This document shows, in pieces, positions 10,283 through 19,939 of a DNA stretch of 64,000 nucleotides. The notes beneath the pieces were generated by a model. The model was given only the letters and a program-made list of their open reading frames with translations. It did no database searches and was not told the origin of the DNA. Origin of the DNA: Clostridiales bacterium (lineage in GTDB: Bacteria; Bacillota; Clostridia; Lachnospirales; Lachnospiraceae). Positions within the stretch are counted from its first letter, which is position 1, and every line of letters starts with the position of its first letter. The position numbers were made by a program, and so were the translations under genes. The stretch covers positions 11,123-75,122 of the forward strand of contig JAATFT010000080.1 in NCBI GenBank assembly GCA_015655075.1. Reading direction: 5' to 3'.

Positions 10283-11164
10283 TCAGAAATTATCTTCTAC
10301 CCTAAATTGGCTGGGCGACCTGCCGGTTAGTTTTTTAAAAGCATAGTTAAAATTGGCATTGTTGTTAAAACCACTTTTTAATGCGGCTTCCGTAATCGAA
10401 ATGTCTGATTTCTTTAAATACTCTATGGCACAGTTTATTCTTTTTGACGTTATATAATCCCATAATGAAATTCCATTCAATTTCTTAAAAACAGTTGATA
10501 AATAAGAGGAACTCATATTAGCGATCCGTGCCAACTCATCCAACGTCAAAGATTCCGCATAATGCACCTTAATATGGCTTATGACCCGTTCAATTGCCTG
10601 ATAATTGCTTACGTTGAGCATCGCAGCCTCCCGTTCCGTCGAGGCACCGAAATATCTCCCCAACGCCACAAGCAAAACAAGCAGATGTGCCTTGGACATT
10701 GCTTCGTAGTCTTTCGGCTGTTCATATGCTTCATTCTGTATTTCCGTAATTTCCCTCCTGATCAGTGAAAGATTCAGATCGTTTCTGTTTAATTGGTTTC
10801 CCGGTTCCGCTTTGGGCTCCAGAATGGTCTGCAGGTACTTTTCATCAAACATTTGATTTGCACCGGACCAGATAAACCGGGGTTCAAAATGAATATTGAC
10901 CCATTCCATCCCATACGGTTTATTTATTTCAGTCACTTTATGGATTTCATTGCTGCCGAACAGGAAGACGTCCCCGGGTCGTATTGCATATTCTTTTTTC
11001 TCAACAGCATAGGTGCCTGTCCCTGATTTAAACAGGACGATTTCTATCTCCGGATGGAAATGCTGCTGGAATTCCCTTTTGCCGGGCAGAACGTACATTG
11101 TCGTTACCCTAAGCAGAAAATCATACTCTTTTGAAAACGGAACAATAACATCGTTAACTATCAT
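10283..11164 (-). CDS. AraC family transcriptional regulator (cupin sensor)
   Basis: HFHPEIEI cupin N-terminus; double-HTH C-terminus (ITEAALKSGFNNNANFNYAFKK..G.SPSQFR). Confidence 0.93.
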   Translation of the reverse strand: MIVNDVIVPFSKEYDFLLRVTTMYVLPGKREFQQHFHPEIEIVLFKSGTGTYAVEKKEYAIRPGDVFLFGSNEIHKVTEINKPYGMEWVNIHFEPRFIWSGANQMFDEKYLQTILEPKAEPGNQLNRNDLNLSLIRREITEIQNEAYEQPKDYEAMSKAHLLVLLVALGRYFGASTEREAAMLNVSNYQAIERVISHIKVHYAESLTLDELARIANMSSSYLSTVFKKLNGISLWDYITSKRINCAIEYLKKSDISITEAALKSGFNNNANFNYAFKKLTGRSPSQFRVEDNF

Positions 11165-11209
11165 ATATCCCTCCTGGTATTTGATTCATTACAATAGAAT
11201 ACCCGCAAA

Positions 11210-12172
11210 TTAGTCCGCCGGAGTTAATCTGCCATCCATCAATCCCTTCAAATAGCCTATCGCATACAGCCTGCCCGCGATTGCATAACCGGGCGTGTTA
11301 TTATCCTCGCCTGCCATGGTTGGCACATGGTCAACCCTTATTGGAACATGGCAGCTGCACTTATCATAAATCCTGATTATTTTCGCCATATCTGTCTGTC
11401 CGTTATCGTGGAAGGTTTCGCGGAATTTATATTTGTTGCCGGAAATATCCCTGAAATGGGCAAAAAACAGCTTGCCATCCCTTGCAAAAGCAGGAATGGC
11501 TTCTTCCAGGTTCTCTCCCATTGCGGCATAGGTTGCCTGGCACATAGTTATTCCTAAATTATCGCTCCGGACTATATGTATCGCCTTGCTGATATTCTCG
11601 GAACTTGTAAGTATTCTTGAGACTCCCCCTAATCTTGGCACGGGAGGGTCGTCGGGATGGAGTGCAAGCCTTATATTATATTTTTCCGCATAAGGAACAA
11701 CCGCATTTAAAAAATAGGCCAAATTATCCCAAAGTTGTTTTTCCGTAATAATAAAATCATCTTCCGCCTTAAATTCATCTATATCAAATCCGGTTACCAA
11801 AGCGCCTCCCCGCTCTTTTATATCGCTTGAGGAGCGGTACCAGCCGATATGCGCCATAAAATTAAAGCATATCGTCCTAATGTCGAGGGCGTCCATGATA
11901 GGCAGCATTCCAATAACCTTGTCAATGCATTCGTCCCGCCTTTCGTCTCCGGTCTTGATGTGGGCGTGGAGGGCCTCGGGCATTGGTTCAATGACAATCG
12001 GTTTTAAGCCCTCGTCCCGAAACCTTTTGTATATCGTTTCCCAATGGGTTTTGTCGTTTAGGTCAAATTGATTATCTTCGGGCAGGCGTATTACCGCATG
12101 GTCTATGCCCATTTGTTTTGCATACTGCCACTGTATGCTTTTTTGGCACAGCAGGTAGTCGGTTAAGATCAT
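11210..12172 (-). CDS. uxuA: Mannonate dehydratase (UxuA family)
   Basis: ICFNFM, LALHPDDPP, HFRD, ETFHDNG, RVDHVP, GRLYAIGYLKG. Confidence 0.88.
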   Translation of the reverse strand: MILTDYLLCQKSIQWQYAKQMGIDHAVIRLPEDNQFDLNDKTHWETIYKRFRDEGLKPIVIEPMPEALHAHIKTGDERRDECIDKVIGMLPIMDALDIRTICFNFMAHIGWYRSSSDIKERGGALVTGFDIDEFKAEDDFIITEKQLWDNLAYFLNAVVPYAEKYNIRLALHPDDPPVPRLGGVSRILTSSENISKAIHIVRSDNLGITMCQATYAAMGENLEEAIPAFARDGKLFFAHFRDISGNKYKFRETFHDNGQTDMAKIIRIYDKCSCHVPIRVDHVPTMAGEDNNTPGYAIAGRLYAIGYLKGLMDGRLTPAD

Positions 12173-15048
12173 AATCTTTCCCCCTTCAATTTAATCGTTT
12201 TATTTATTTTCCCTGAATTCCAAGCCGATATTTCAAGGTTCAGGGTGTCTTTGCAGGAATTTCCCCGCCTGTCAGCCACCCCAGTTCCATTAGGATGCGT
12301 AAAATACGCAGCATTATTCCCATTAACCTCAAGCTCGATATTTTTAATTTCATTCGGATTATGAAAATAATAATTATCGCTCAGGCTGCATTGCGTTCCG
12401 TCATCCGTGATATCAATAGCAACGGGAAACGCAGGATTATTTGACCGGTTCACGATTTCTAGCTTTATCGAAATTCTGGAACTTTTCCCGCTTACGGAAA
12501 TGATTTCACACAAAAGTTCAGCTTTGGATGCCGATTCTATCTGCTTTTTCAACCACGGCCCTTTGTCAAAAGTAAAATTTTCCTGCGGTTTGCCACGGTA
12601 TTTCTCCCTTGTCTCTTTATCCCTCATGCGTTCCAGGCATTTGAGCCAATAGAGGCTTTGTGAAAGTATTTTTTCATCTTTTTCCAGGGCAATACGCACG
12701 AAAAAGAATTTTTCGCTGTAATCTTCCGGGATTTCGAAAGCATCTTCATCAAATGTTTTCTCTTCGCCTGACTCTTTGCCTTCCCCCCATGTTTTTTGAT
12801 ACTCCCGCGCATTTACAAAAACCATTCGAGCCCTCTCCCACACCACCTGCATATTGGGGTTTAACACCTGCAGCCTAAGCAGGGCGCCCGGAACATCCTC
12901 TCCGCCGCCGTTTATGATTTTAACGGGCAGGTTGACCTTTTCCCCCGGCGCATATGTCAAATGATCCAGGCACACCATTGCAATCAGCGGTTTATATGAA
13001 TTCTTAACGTAATAATACGGTGCTGTCGGGTCGCCCATGCCGTCGACAAGCTGGATTCCCACCGTTGTCCATGCGCGCTTGAAAACCCACGGCATAATCC
13101 CGGTGGTGACGGGATAATTCTCGCGCATCGCCTGGATCATGATCTGGTAGAATTCGCACGAGGACAGCTGCGTCGCCTCCACAAGGCCGCCCAGGGAAAT
13201 ATTCTTAATATCATTTATATAGGACGCCCTTGCAAGCATACGGGGGATGCGGTCCGGCACATATTCGGTAAAATGATTTAACAGTCCGGGATTCCTATCT
13301 TTAAAATCATTGCTGAAAATATCGGAAAGGGGTCTGTCGTATTCCTCCTTCGAAATCAACTGCCGAATGCTTTTTAAGTTGGGAAAACTGTGGATGCCCG
13401 ATTCCGCCACAAACGGAAGCTGCTTATACAGATGCCTGTACCAAGTCGGCTCCATGTCGCGGTATACATGTGCGCTGCCCTTATCCGCAGTAGTACGCAT
13501 AAATGGGCGGGAAGGATCCAGATCCGCAATATTTCTTTCAATAACAAACATGGAAGCGGCATTGCCGAATGAATACGGATTGAATTCATTCCCGCCGCAG
13601 TGCACTGCCAACGAAGGATGGTTGCGTATTCTGTACAGGTTCATGCATACCTGTGCCTGCAGGACATCCTGCGGCCAATTGGGCGTATCCATATTGGCAA
13701 TGAAATTGTCCTGCCAAACCATAATGCCAAGCTCGTCACACAATTCGTAGAAATCATCATTTTCCGGAATGCCGCCGCCACTCCATACGCGCAAAAGCTG
13801 TATCCCCGCACCTTTTACAAGCTCCAATGCCCACCTGTACTCCTCCCGACCCATAGTTAGCAGAAAATCAACCGGCATCCAGTTCATTCCTTTTAAAAAT
13901 ATCTTCTTTCCGTTGACGGCAAACTGAAAGCTGCCCCATCTTGCCCGGTACTGTTCCCCCACGGAAACCTCAAGCCCAACTGTGCGTATACCATAATCAA
14001 AAGTATGGGTATCATATATCTTGTCATCCTTTAAAAGGAAAATCCTTACCGTATATAAAAACGGCTCTCCCATATCCTGCGGATACCAGAGCTTTGGGCT
14101 GTCAATCATGATGTCCTTATTGTAGAACTGGCATTCATAATATTCGGGATCTATACAGCTTTTGGCGTAATCGTATAGCCTCAATTCCTCTTCCTCGAGA
14201 CAGGCCCTCCTGCCACCGGCTTTTTCAATAAATTCAATGCGGATATTAATGCTTTGTTCCTGTTTTATTCCTGTAAGGCCGTTATCATAGGCGCGTGTAT
14301 AGCTGCTGGCATCCGATGAATAATCCTGTTTTACCTGAAGCTCGTTTATCGCACCGTCTGCGATTTCACATTTAAGATGCAGTTTTGCCCGTCCATTCGA
14401 TATGTATTCAGTCGTAAGATAAAGGCGGCTTATGTGCAGTTTCTGCAAAAACTCTATTCGCACGCCTCTCCATAATCCCAAAACGATAAAATCCCCGTTA
14501 CTCGTCCTGTTGTCCCTGGCAAGATTCCACGGTACGATTGCCCGGTTAAGGCCGTCGGTATTCCACGGATCCCATGTTTCCTTTATCCCAAAGCTGCACG
14601 CCTTGATTTCGATTATAATCTCGTTGCCGGCGCCGAAATCCAGATATTTTCCCACTTCGGCAATCGGGCCGCCGAACATCCCCTCGTGCTCCCCAATCAA
14701 ATTCCCGTTAAGCCACAACCTTGAATAATAGGCTGCGCCGTCTATGCACAAGAACGCATCCCCAAAATCAATATTCTGCGGCAACGCAAACGTTTTTCGA
14801 TAGTACCATACTTTTTCATCCACCCAATAATATAGTTTGCTGTTGCATTCCTTATACGGATGAGGCAAAATACCGGATTCATACAAGCTCCAATAAACGG
14901 AACTTGGAATTTTTGTTTTCAGGCGCCAGGCAATACCCGAAGGATTAGCGGCCTCATCGTCTTTATAAGCATAGTCCCATTCGCCGCAAAGATCCAAATG
15001 CCTGCTCCCTTCCCTGGGTTCTATATAATACGGCTGGCTCAAATTCAT
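12169..15048 (-). CDS. GH2 glycoside hydrolase (beta-mannosidase-like subgroup), cytoplasmic
   Basis: HEGMF, KGMNWMP.D, RVWSGG, FYELCDELGIMVWQD, RNHPSL...GGNE (acid/base), FVAESG (nucleophile). Confidence 0.88.
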   Translation of the reverse strand: MNLSQPYYIEPREGSRHLDLCGEWDYAYKDDEAANPSGIAWRLKTKIPSSVYWSLYESGILPHPYKECNSKLYYWVDEKVWYYRKTFALPQNIDFGDAFLCIDGAAYYSRLWLNGNLIGEHEGMFGGPIAEVGKYLDFGAGNEIIIEIKACSFGIKETWDPWNTDGLNRAIVPWNLARDNRTSNGDFIVLGLWRGVRIEFLQKLHISRLYLTTEYISNGRAKLHLKCEIADGAINELQVKQDYSSDASSYTRAYDNGLTGIKQEQSINIRIEFIEKAGGRRACLEEEELRLYDYAKSCIDPEYYECQFYNKDIMIDSPKLWYPQDMGEPFLYTVRIFLLKDDKIYDTHTFDYGIRTVGLEVSVGEQYRARWGSFQFAVNGKKIFLKGMNWMPVDFLLTMGREEYRWALELVKGAGIQLLRVWSGGGIPENDDFYELCDELGIMVWQDNFIANMDTPNWPQDVLQAQVCMNLYRIRNHPSLAVHCGGNEFNPYSFGNAASMFVIERNIADLDPSRPFMRTTADKGSAHVYRDMEPTWYRHLYKQLPFVAESGIHSFPNLKSIRQLISKEEYDRPLSDIFSNDFKDRNPGLLNHFTEYVPDRIPRMLARASYINDIKNISLGGLVEATQLSSCEFYQIMIQAMRENYPVTTGIMPWVFKRAWTTVGIQLVDGMGDPTAPYYYVKNSYKPLIAMVCLDHLTYAPGEKVNLPVKIINGGGEDVPGALLRLQVLNPNMQVVWERARMVFVNAREYQKTWGEGKESGEEKTFDEDAFEIPEDYSEKFFFVRIALEKDEKILSQSLYWLKCLERMRDKETREKYRGKPQENFTFDKGPWLKKQIESASKAELLCEIISVSGKSSRISIKLEIVNRSNNPAFPVAIDITDDGTQCSLSDNYYFHNPNEIKNIELEVNGNNAAYFTHPNGTGVADRRGNSCKDTLNLEISAWNSGKINKTIKLKGERL

Positions 15049-15084
15049 TTTAAAATCCTCCTATCAAATTTTTTCCTCTTTCAT

Positions 15085-15096
15085 AGAAACGTTTCT
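15085..15096. promoter_or_regulatory. Putative LacI-family operator upstream of GH2
   Basis: Perfect palindrome AGAAACGTTTCT with central CG; the core TAGAAACGTTT is repeated upstream of the lacI-like gene. Confidence 0.7.
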
Positions 15097-15165
15097 CCAT
15101 GTCTAAAAACAATAAAATGTATCCTTTGCGGGCATTCCCTGTCATAAATAAATACAGGCTAGGCA

Positions 15166-16164
15166 TTAACACGATTCTCTTATCTGCAGGCTGCACTCCA
15201 ACGTCGTACTGCTCCCTGATACTCCTTTAATGCTATCCCCGTTGATGCTGTCCAACAGTTTTTCTGCCGCAAGAATACCCATCTCTTTTGCCGGAATTTT
15301 GACTGTGCTAAGGGGCGGAAAAAGATATTCGGAATAGGCTTCCGTATTGCCCGCAATCATAACAAAATCATTGGGTATGGAAATGTTCTGATTCAATGCC
15401 TCTTTCATGACAGCGTGGGCCGTATCGGATTTATTCGTGACAACCGCCTTGAAGTTTTTGATGTTATCTGCAATATCATCCACACCGCAGACTTTTTCCT
15501 TCAAATTATTATGGGCCAATGCGGTGCCGTATCCCAAATACCGTTGTTTCAGCTCGTCATAGTTCAAATGCAGCGGAGCCACATAGGTAATTTCTTTATA
15601 ACCCCTTTTAATCAAATAGGAAGTGGCAAGGTAGGTGGAACCATAAAAATCGATATTGATATAATTTACACCGGCTTCATTCGAATGCCCGTTTATAATC
15701 ACAAACGGAGCATTGGCATTCTTCATCTTAGTGATATGAGCTGCCTCGTCGATACTCCCCAACTGTTCATATGGGGAAATAAATAGGATGCCGTCTATCG
15801 TCCCATCGTAGAAATAATCCAGATAGGAATAGTTTTCTTTTTCAATTCTAGCATTGCAGAGAACAACGCTGTAATTGCTTTCAGCTGCAGCTTTGCTTAT
15901 ACCGCTGAGCATTTGGACATATACCGTACCCTCGAGTTCCCAATAAGATACAACGCCTATTGACAACGATTTTCGCATCCTCATTCCACTTGCAATGCGG
16001 TTTGGAACATAGTTAAGTTTTTTAGCGGCATTCATAACTCTTTCTTTCGTTGCATCACTTATGGTTTTTTCAGTCGAATTGTTAAGCACATACGAAACCA
16101 CCGATATGCTTACATCTGCCTCTTTGGCTACATCCTTAATCGTAGTTTTTTTCATATTTCCCAA
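15166..16164 (-). CDS. LacI family transcriptional regulator
   Basis: TIKDVAKEADVSISVVSYVLN HTH and PPLSTV; alternative ATG start at 16155. Confidence 0.95.
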   Translation of the reverse strand: MGNMKKTTIKDVAKEADVSISVVSYVLNNSTEKTISDATKERVMNAAKKLNYVPNRIASGMRMRKSLSIGVVSYWELEGTVYVQMLSGISKAAAESNYSVVLCNARIEKENYSYLDYFYDGTIDGILFISPYEQLGSIDEAAHITKMKNANAPFVIINGHSNEAGVNYINIDFYGSTYLATSYLIKRGYKEITYVAPLHLNYDELKQRYLGYGTALAHNNLKEKVCGVDDIADNIKNFKAVVTNKSDTAHAVMKEALNQNISIPNDFVMIAGNTEAYSEYLFPPLSTVKIPAKEMGILAAEKLLDSINGDSIKGVSGSSTTLECSLQIRESC

Positions 16165-16181
16165 TCAATCCACCCCGTTTG

Positions 16182-16226
16182 TAGAAACGTTTAACTAATT
16201 GTATCACCGTATATTTCCAATGTCAA
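16182..16226 (-). promoter_or_regulatory. Sigma-A promoter of the lacI-like gene with downstream operator
   Basis: Minus strand TTGACA (16226-16221), 17 bp, TACAAT (16203-16198) with extended TG; operator TAGAAACGTTT at 16182-16192. Confidence 0.75.
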
Positions 16227-16500
16227 TAATTTAGTTCTCCCGGCTGGGATGAACTTATTATGAAGTCATGACCGGTTTCAGACATCGCAGGCATGCCGGT
16301 GTATAGAAGCGTACCAAGCGGAAGAGTATTCAAAAACAGAGGCCCGCAGGTTGGCTAAAAAATCGGTTGCATTACCGGGAACAAGCGAACATCAATTGGG
16401 CATCTTTAAAGCTTACTTTGTGGGGGGTTTTTACTGCAAGAAATATCCTATTGTAATTATTTTTCGACAAGCTTCTAATTTTCAGCAAAATTTAACGTGG

Positions 16501-16532
16501 GCAGGAGCGATAACCTCCTGCTCTTTCTTTTT
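16501..16532 (+). terminator. Rho-independent terminator-like hairpin
   Basis: gcaggag-cgataac-ctcctgc followed by tctttcttttt. Confidence 0.5.
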
Positions 16533-16569
16533 CGGTCCGTTGTATATGAAAACAACCGTCACCCACTCA

Positions 16570-16660
16570 CACCACAAGACCCTGTCTTGTGGTGCAGCAA
16601 TCACTGAATTGTCTCCCAAAATTCGCTTGTTAGGGGCAACGCCCCTAATACCCCCTTCAC
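16570..16660 (-). other. Putative degenerate oriT-like region
   Basis: Perfect IR caccacaagac-cct-gtcttgtggtg plus taggggc-aac-gccccta hairpin next to a G-run. The layout recalls oriT regions of Firmicute mobilisable elements (from memory, not searched). Confidence 0.35.
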
Positions 16661-16677
16661 ATGGAGTAATATTTATA

Positions 16678-16734
16678 TTGACAAATTGGTCTATATAATA
16701 TAGACTAAATATGCAGGTCTATACAATATAGACC
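16678..16734 (+). promoter_or_regulatory. Promoter with two tandem BlaI/CopY-type palindromic operators
   Basis: TTGACA (16678-16683), 17 bp, TAGACT (16701-16706); palindromes gtctata-taa-tatagac (16689-16705) and ggtctata-caa-tatagacc (16716-16734). Confidence 0.8.
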
Positions 16735-16748
16735 AAGGAGGATTTGCT

Positions 16749-17111
16749 ATGAAAGAATATAAATTATCACAGAGCGAAGCGAAATTCGCTGAAATAATTT
16801 GGCAGCATGAGCCAATTGCCTCCGGCGAACTGGTAAAGCTGTGCGAGGAAAAATTGAGCTGGAAAAAGTCCACTACCTATACGGTTTTGAAAAAACTGTG
16901 CGATAAAGGCATTTTCCGGAACGAAAATGCCGTCGTTACATCCCTGATGAAAAAAGACGTGTTTTACGCAAAGCAAAGCAGACGGTTTGTGGAGGACGCT
17001 TTTGGCGGCTCGCTGCCCAGGTTCCTGACAGCCTTTATCGGCGGCGAGAAGCTGAACGGCGATCAGGCTGAGGAACTCAAAAGGCTGATTGATGAGCATA
17101 AGGAGGGGTGA
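16749..17111 (+). CDS. BlaI/MecI/CopY family repressor
   Basis: LSQSEAKFAEIIW..EP, WKKSTTYTVLKKL..KG, FGGSLPRFLTAF. Confidence 0.93.
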   Translation: MKEYKLSQSEAKFAEIIWQHEPIASGELVKLCEEKLSWKKSTTYTVLKKLCDKGIFRNENAVVTSLMKKDVFYAKQSRRFVEDAFGGSLPRFLTAFIGGEKLNGDQAEELKRLIDEHKEG

Positions 17112-19474
17112 CGATGGAGGAACTGTTCCTTACCGTTTTGAATATGAGCCTGACCGCCAGCTATGTGATTGCCGCCATTATATTGGCACGCCTGTTTCTG
17201 AAAAAGGCTCCGAAGGTGATCTCATATATACTATGGACGGTAGCGGGCTTCCGGCTTACTGTCCCGTTCACATTTGAAAGCGTGTTCAGCCTGATTCCAT
17301 TTAAGTCACAGCTAATACCGCAGACAGCCGCTTTAAGCGAGAATGTTTCTCTTGGCTCCGCTGCCGGCGCAGCTCTGCGTGCTGTCGGCGACGCGGCAAA
17401 CGGCGGTCTTGGGACTGTTACCGTGTATCTTGGTAAAACAGCAGACGGATACCCTATTACCACCGAAGCATACCACTCCGAAGTATGGTTGATGTTCGGT
17501 AGCTACCTTTGGCTTATCGGTATTGCCGCATTGCTGATCTATAGTGTTGCATCCATCGTCCTGCTCAAACGGCGGCTGTCCGGCGCTCTGCTTTCCGAAA
17601 GCAACATTTACGAAGCTAAGAATCTGAAAACGCCTTTTGTGCTTGGATTTTTCCGTCCGAAAATATATATCCCTTGTGGACTTTCCGCGGAAGAAAAAAG
17701 CTATATTATCCTGCATGAGCAGACGCACATCAAACGCTTTGACCATGTGGTGAAGTTTGCTGCTTTCCTCATTCTCTGCGTCCATTGGTTCAATCCGCTG
17801 GTGTGGATCGCGTTTATGCTGATGAGCACGGATATGGAGCTTTCCTGCGATGAACGGGTGCTCCGTGAGATGGGCGGCGGCATCAAAAAGCCCTACGCCG
17901 CGTCGCTTCTGTCCCTGGCAACCGGAAAGCACATCCTGAACGGAAGTCCGCTTGCTTTCGGAGAGGGAAATGTAAAAGGAAGGATCAAGAACGTGCTGAA
18001 TTTCAAAAAACCCGCGGCATGGATCATCGTTGCAGCTGTGGCTCTAGTCGTAGTCTTGAGCGTGGGACTTGCGGCGAACAGGGAAACCTCTACCGACGGC
18101 GATTATGATTTTTCCAGCTTCGGCGTGAATGGATTCACGCTCGGTGCTGATACAAGCGCAATAGATACGTCGATCCTTACTCCCACCGAACCGTTACAGG
18201 TCGAAGACGGATACGATTTTAACTTTGAGGAAGCGCGTTATAGCGCCGACGAGAATACCGGGCGGCTTGTAAAAATGATCGTATATGTGCTTGACGGAGC
18301 AGATATTCCGACTGTGATCATCCATAAGGACAAAGGCGCGGTAGAAATTTCTGATCCGCTGCATACCATTGAACAGGTTACAGATGTTTTTGGCCAGGGC
18401 AAGAGCGGCTGGCAGGACAGAGAGCAGCGGCTTCGCTATATGGAATACCGTCAGAAAGAAGGACAATTGTCGGCAACAGTCAGGTTCGTTTACACAGACG
18501 GCGAGTCCGACGGGATAAACCATCGCCTTGTTTGGGTGATCGCTAATAGCAGTTTGCCCTATCCGTCTCCCGCAGAAGTGCTGACTGCCGAGCCGCTTAT
18601 ATTTTCATCCGAAGAAACCGGCCTGATAAAGCTCGGGACAATCGCCTTCGACACTTATATGGCCTTTCGTATGAGCGAAAAAACGCCCGTGGAAGAACGC
18701 ATTGCTTCTTATCAACTGAATGACATTTCCGTACTTGCCGGCGACATCAATGAGTTCTGCGTGTCCCTGAATTATGATTTTACCACCGATAACGACGACT
18801 TCATCAGCCCAGGACACGGCGCGAAGGGCAAGGGAACCTGGCCGGATAATTATATGGAAATAAGGGTTAAATATGCTTACGAGGATGTTTACTCGATAAA
18901 GAGCGTCGGCACGGGGGGCGGCGGGCAGGGGCTTGAGCCATACGCCCCGCAGCAGACGGCGCTGGAACCTGCTTCCCCGGAATTGTCACTCGAGCAAACA
19001 GTGGGCGTCGATATGACGGAGCTTGACTACGCTTCGGACGATATCGTGATTTTCCACGACTATTTCGGATTGTTTGTATATGACCAAAATACGCATGAAA
19101 TCATTCGCGGCCTGGACTTGAAGCCTTTGAACTGTCACCAGACGCAGGGAGACAACTACTGCGAGGTTTCGGTCAGCATGGATGGAAACACGGTGCAATT
19201 GCACCCCATGAGCAGCGAAAATATGTATGTTTATACCGTTTCGGAGAATACCTTGCTGGAGACAGCCTATCAGCCGATGGAGGAACGATTCAGCAGCTTT
19301 GTCCCGATAGAAGACGTGATTGACTCCTCCGAAATTGGGAACTACAGCCATAATGCGGTCAAGTTTGATACGTATGGATATGGATATCTCCATGCCACCG
19401 ACGGAACGATTGGCTCACTCACGTATGTACGCGGCGATATGCTGTACTCACTGTTTGGGCTGAAAGAAAACTAA
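17108..19474 (+). CDS. BlaR1-type M56 metallopeptidase sensor with long non-PBP extracellular C-terminus
   Basis: TPFVLGFFRPKIYIP, HEQTH (HExxH), HWFNPL, ELSCDE; GTGA overlap with the blaI stop. Confidence 0.9.
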   Translation: MTMEELFLTVLNMSLTASYVIAAIILARLFLKKAPKVISYILWTVAGFRLTVPFTFESVFSLIPFKSQLIPQTAALSENVSLGSAAGAALRAVGDAANGGLGTVTVYLGKTADGYPITTEAYHSEVWLMFGSYLWLIGIAALLIYSVASIVLLKRRLSGALLSESNIYEAKNLKTPFVLGFFRPKIYIPCGLSAEEKSYIILHEQTHIKRFDHVVKFAAFLILCVHWFNPLVWIAFMLMSTDMELSCDERVLREMGGGIKKPYAASLLSLATGKHILNGSPLAFGEGNVKGRIKNVLNFKKPAAWIIVAAVALVVVLSVGLAANRETSTDGDYDFSSFGVNGFTLGADTSAIDTSILTPTEPLQVEDGYDFNFEEARYSADENTGRLVKMIVYVLDGADIPTVIIHKDKGAVEISDPLHTIEQVTDVFGQGKSGWQDREQRLRYMEYRQKEGQLSATVRFVYTDGESDGINHRLVWVIANSSLPYPSPAEVLTAEPLIFSSEETGLIKLGTIAFDTYMAFRMSEKTPVEERIASYQLNDISVLAGDINEFCVSLNYDFTTDNDDFISPGHGAKGKGTWPDNYMEIRVKYAYEDVYSIKSVGTGGGGQGLEPYAPQQTALEPASPELSLEQTVGVDMTELDYASDDIVIFHDYFGLFVYDQNTHEIIRGLDLKPLNCHQTQGDNYCEVSVSMDGNTVQLHPMSSENMYVYTVSENTLLETAYQPMEERFSSFVPIEDVIDSSEIGNYSHNAVKFDTYGYGYLHATDGTIGSLTYVRGDMLYSLFGLKEN

Positions 19475-19718
19475 AGTTAAATATGCGGACATCAACAGCA
19501 GCGTGCGGTATGGAGAAACCATTATTAGCGTGATAAGAAGCGGCTCAGTCTTTCAAACTGCCCTATCAACGAATTTTTACAGTAATTTGCAAAAGAACTG
19601 GATTCCGTCTGGAAACCGGACATAGCAAGGATACCTGTGATGGAATCCACAAAATATCTGCTCCCCACGCCGTTGGGATTTTTGCTTGGACAGGGCTTTT
19701 TCAGAGGGAATGAATATA

Positions 19719-19797
19719 CAAGACAGGACTTGCAGTCGGTACTTGCTTTTGGTTAACGCTTTTTGAGGGATAGGGCAAGATATATGTCCCAAGCTAT
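19719..19797. other. Putative MOBP-type oriT remnant
   Basis: Minus strand reads ..catatatcttgccctatccc.., with a YATCTTGC core similar to the RP4-type nic (TATCCTG/C), next to cagtcggtacttgct; no relaxase in the window. Confidence 0.4.
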
Positions 19798-19939
19798 GGT
19801 TCAAGTTGTACAGAGGTATATGCAGTAGATAAAATAACCTTTAAGTATGATGCCATAGATTACTTATCTCAATAATTACAAAAAACGATACCAAACGGCA
19901 TGAACTGTTTGAACAAAATCACTGCTATCGGCACTTGGT

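Noticed and set aside
16351-16698. 115-aa plus-strand ORF
   Set aside because: Spans a terminator, inverted repeats and the blaI promoter; no protein features
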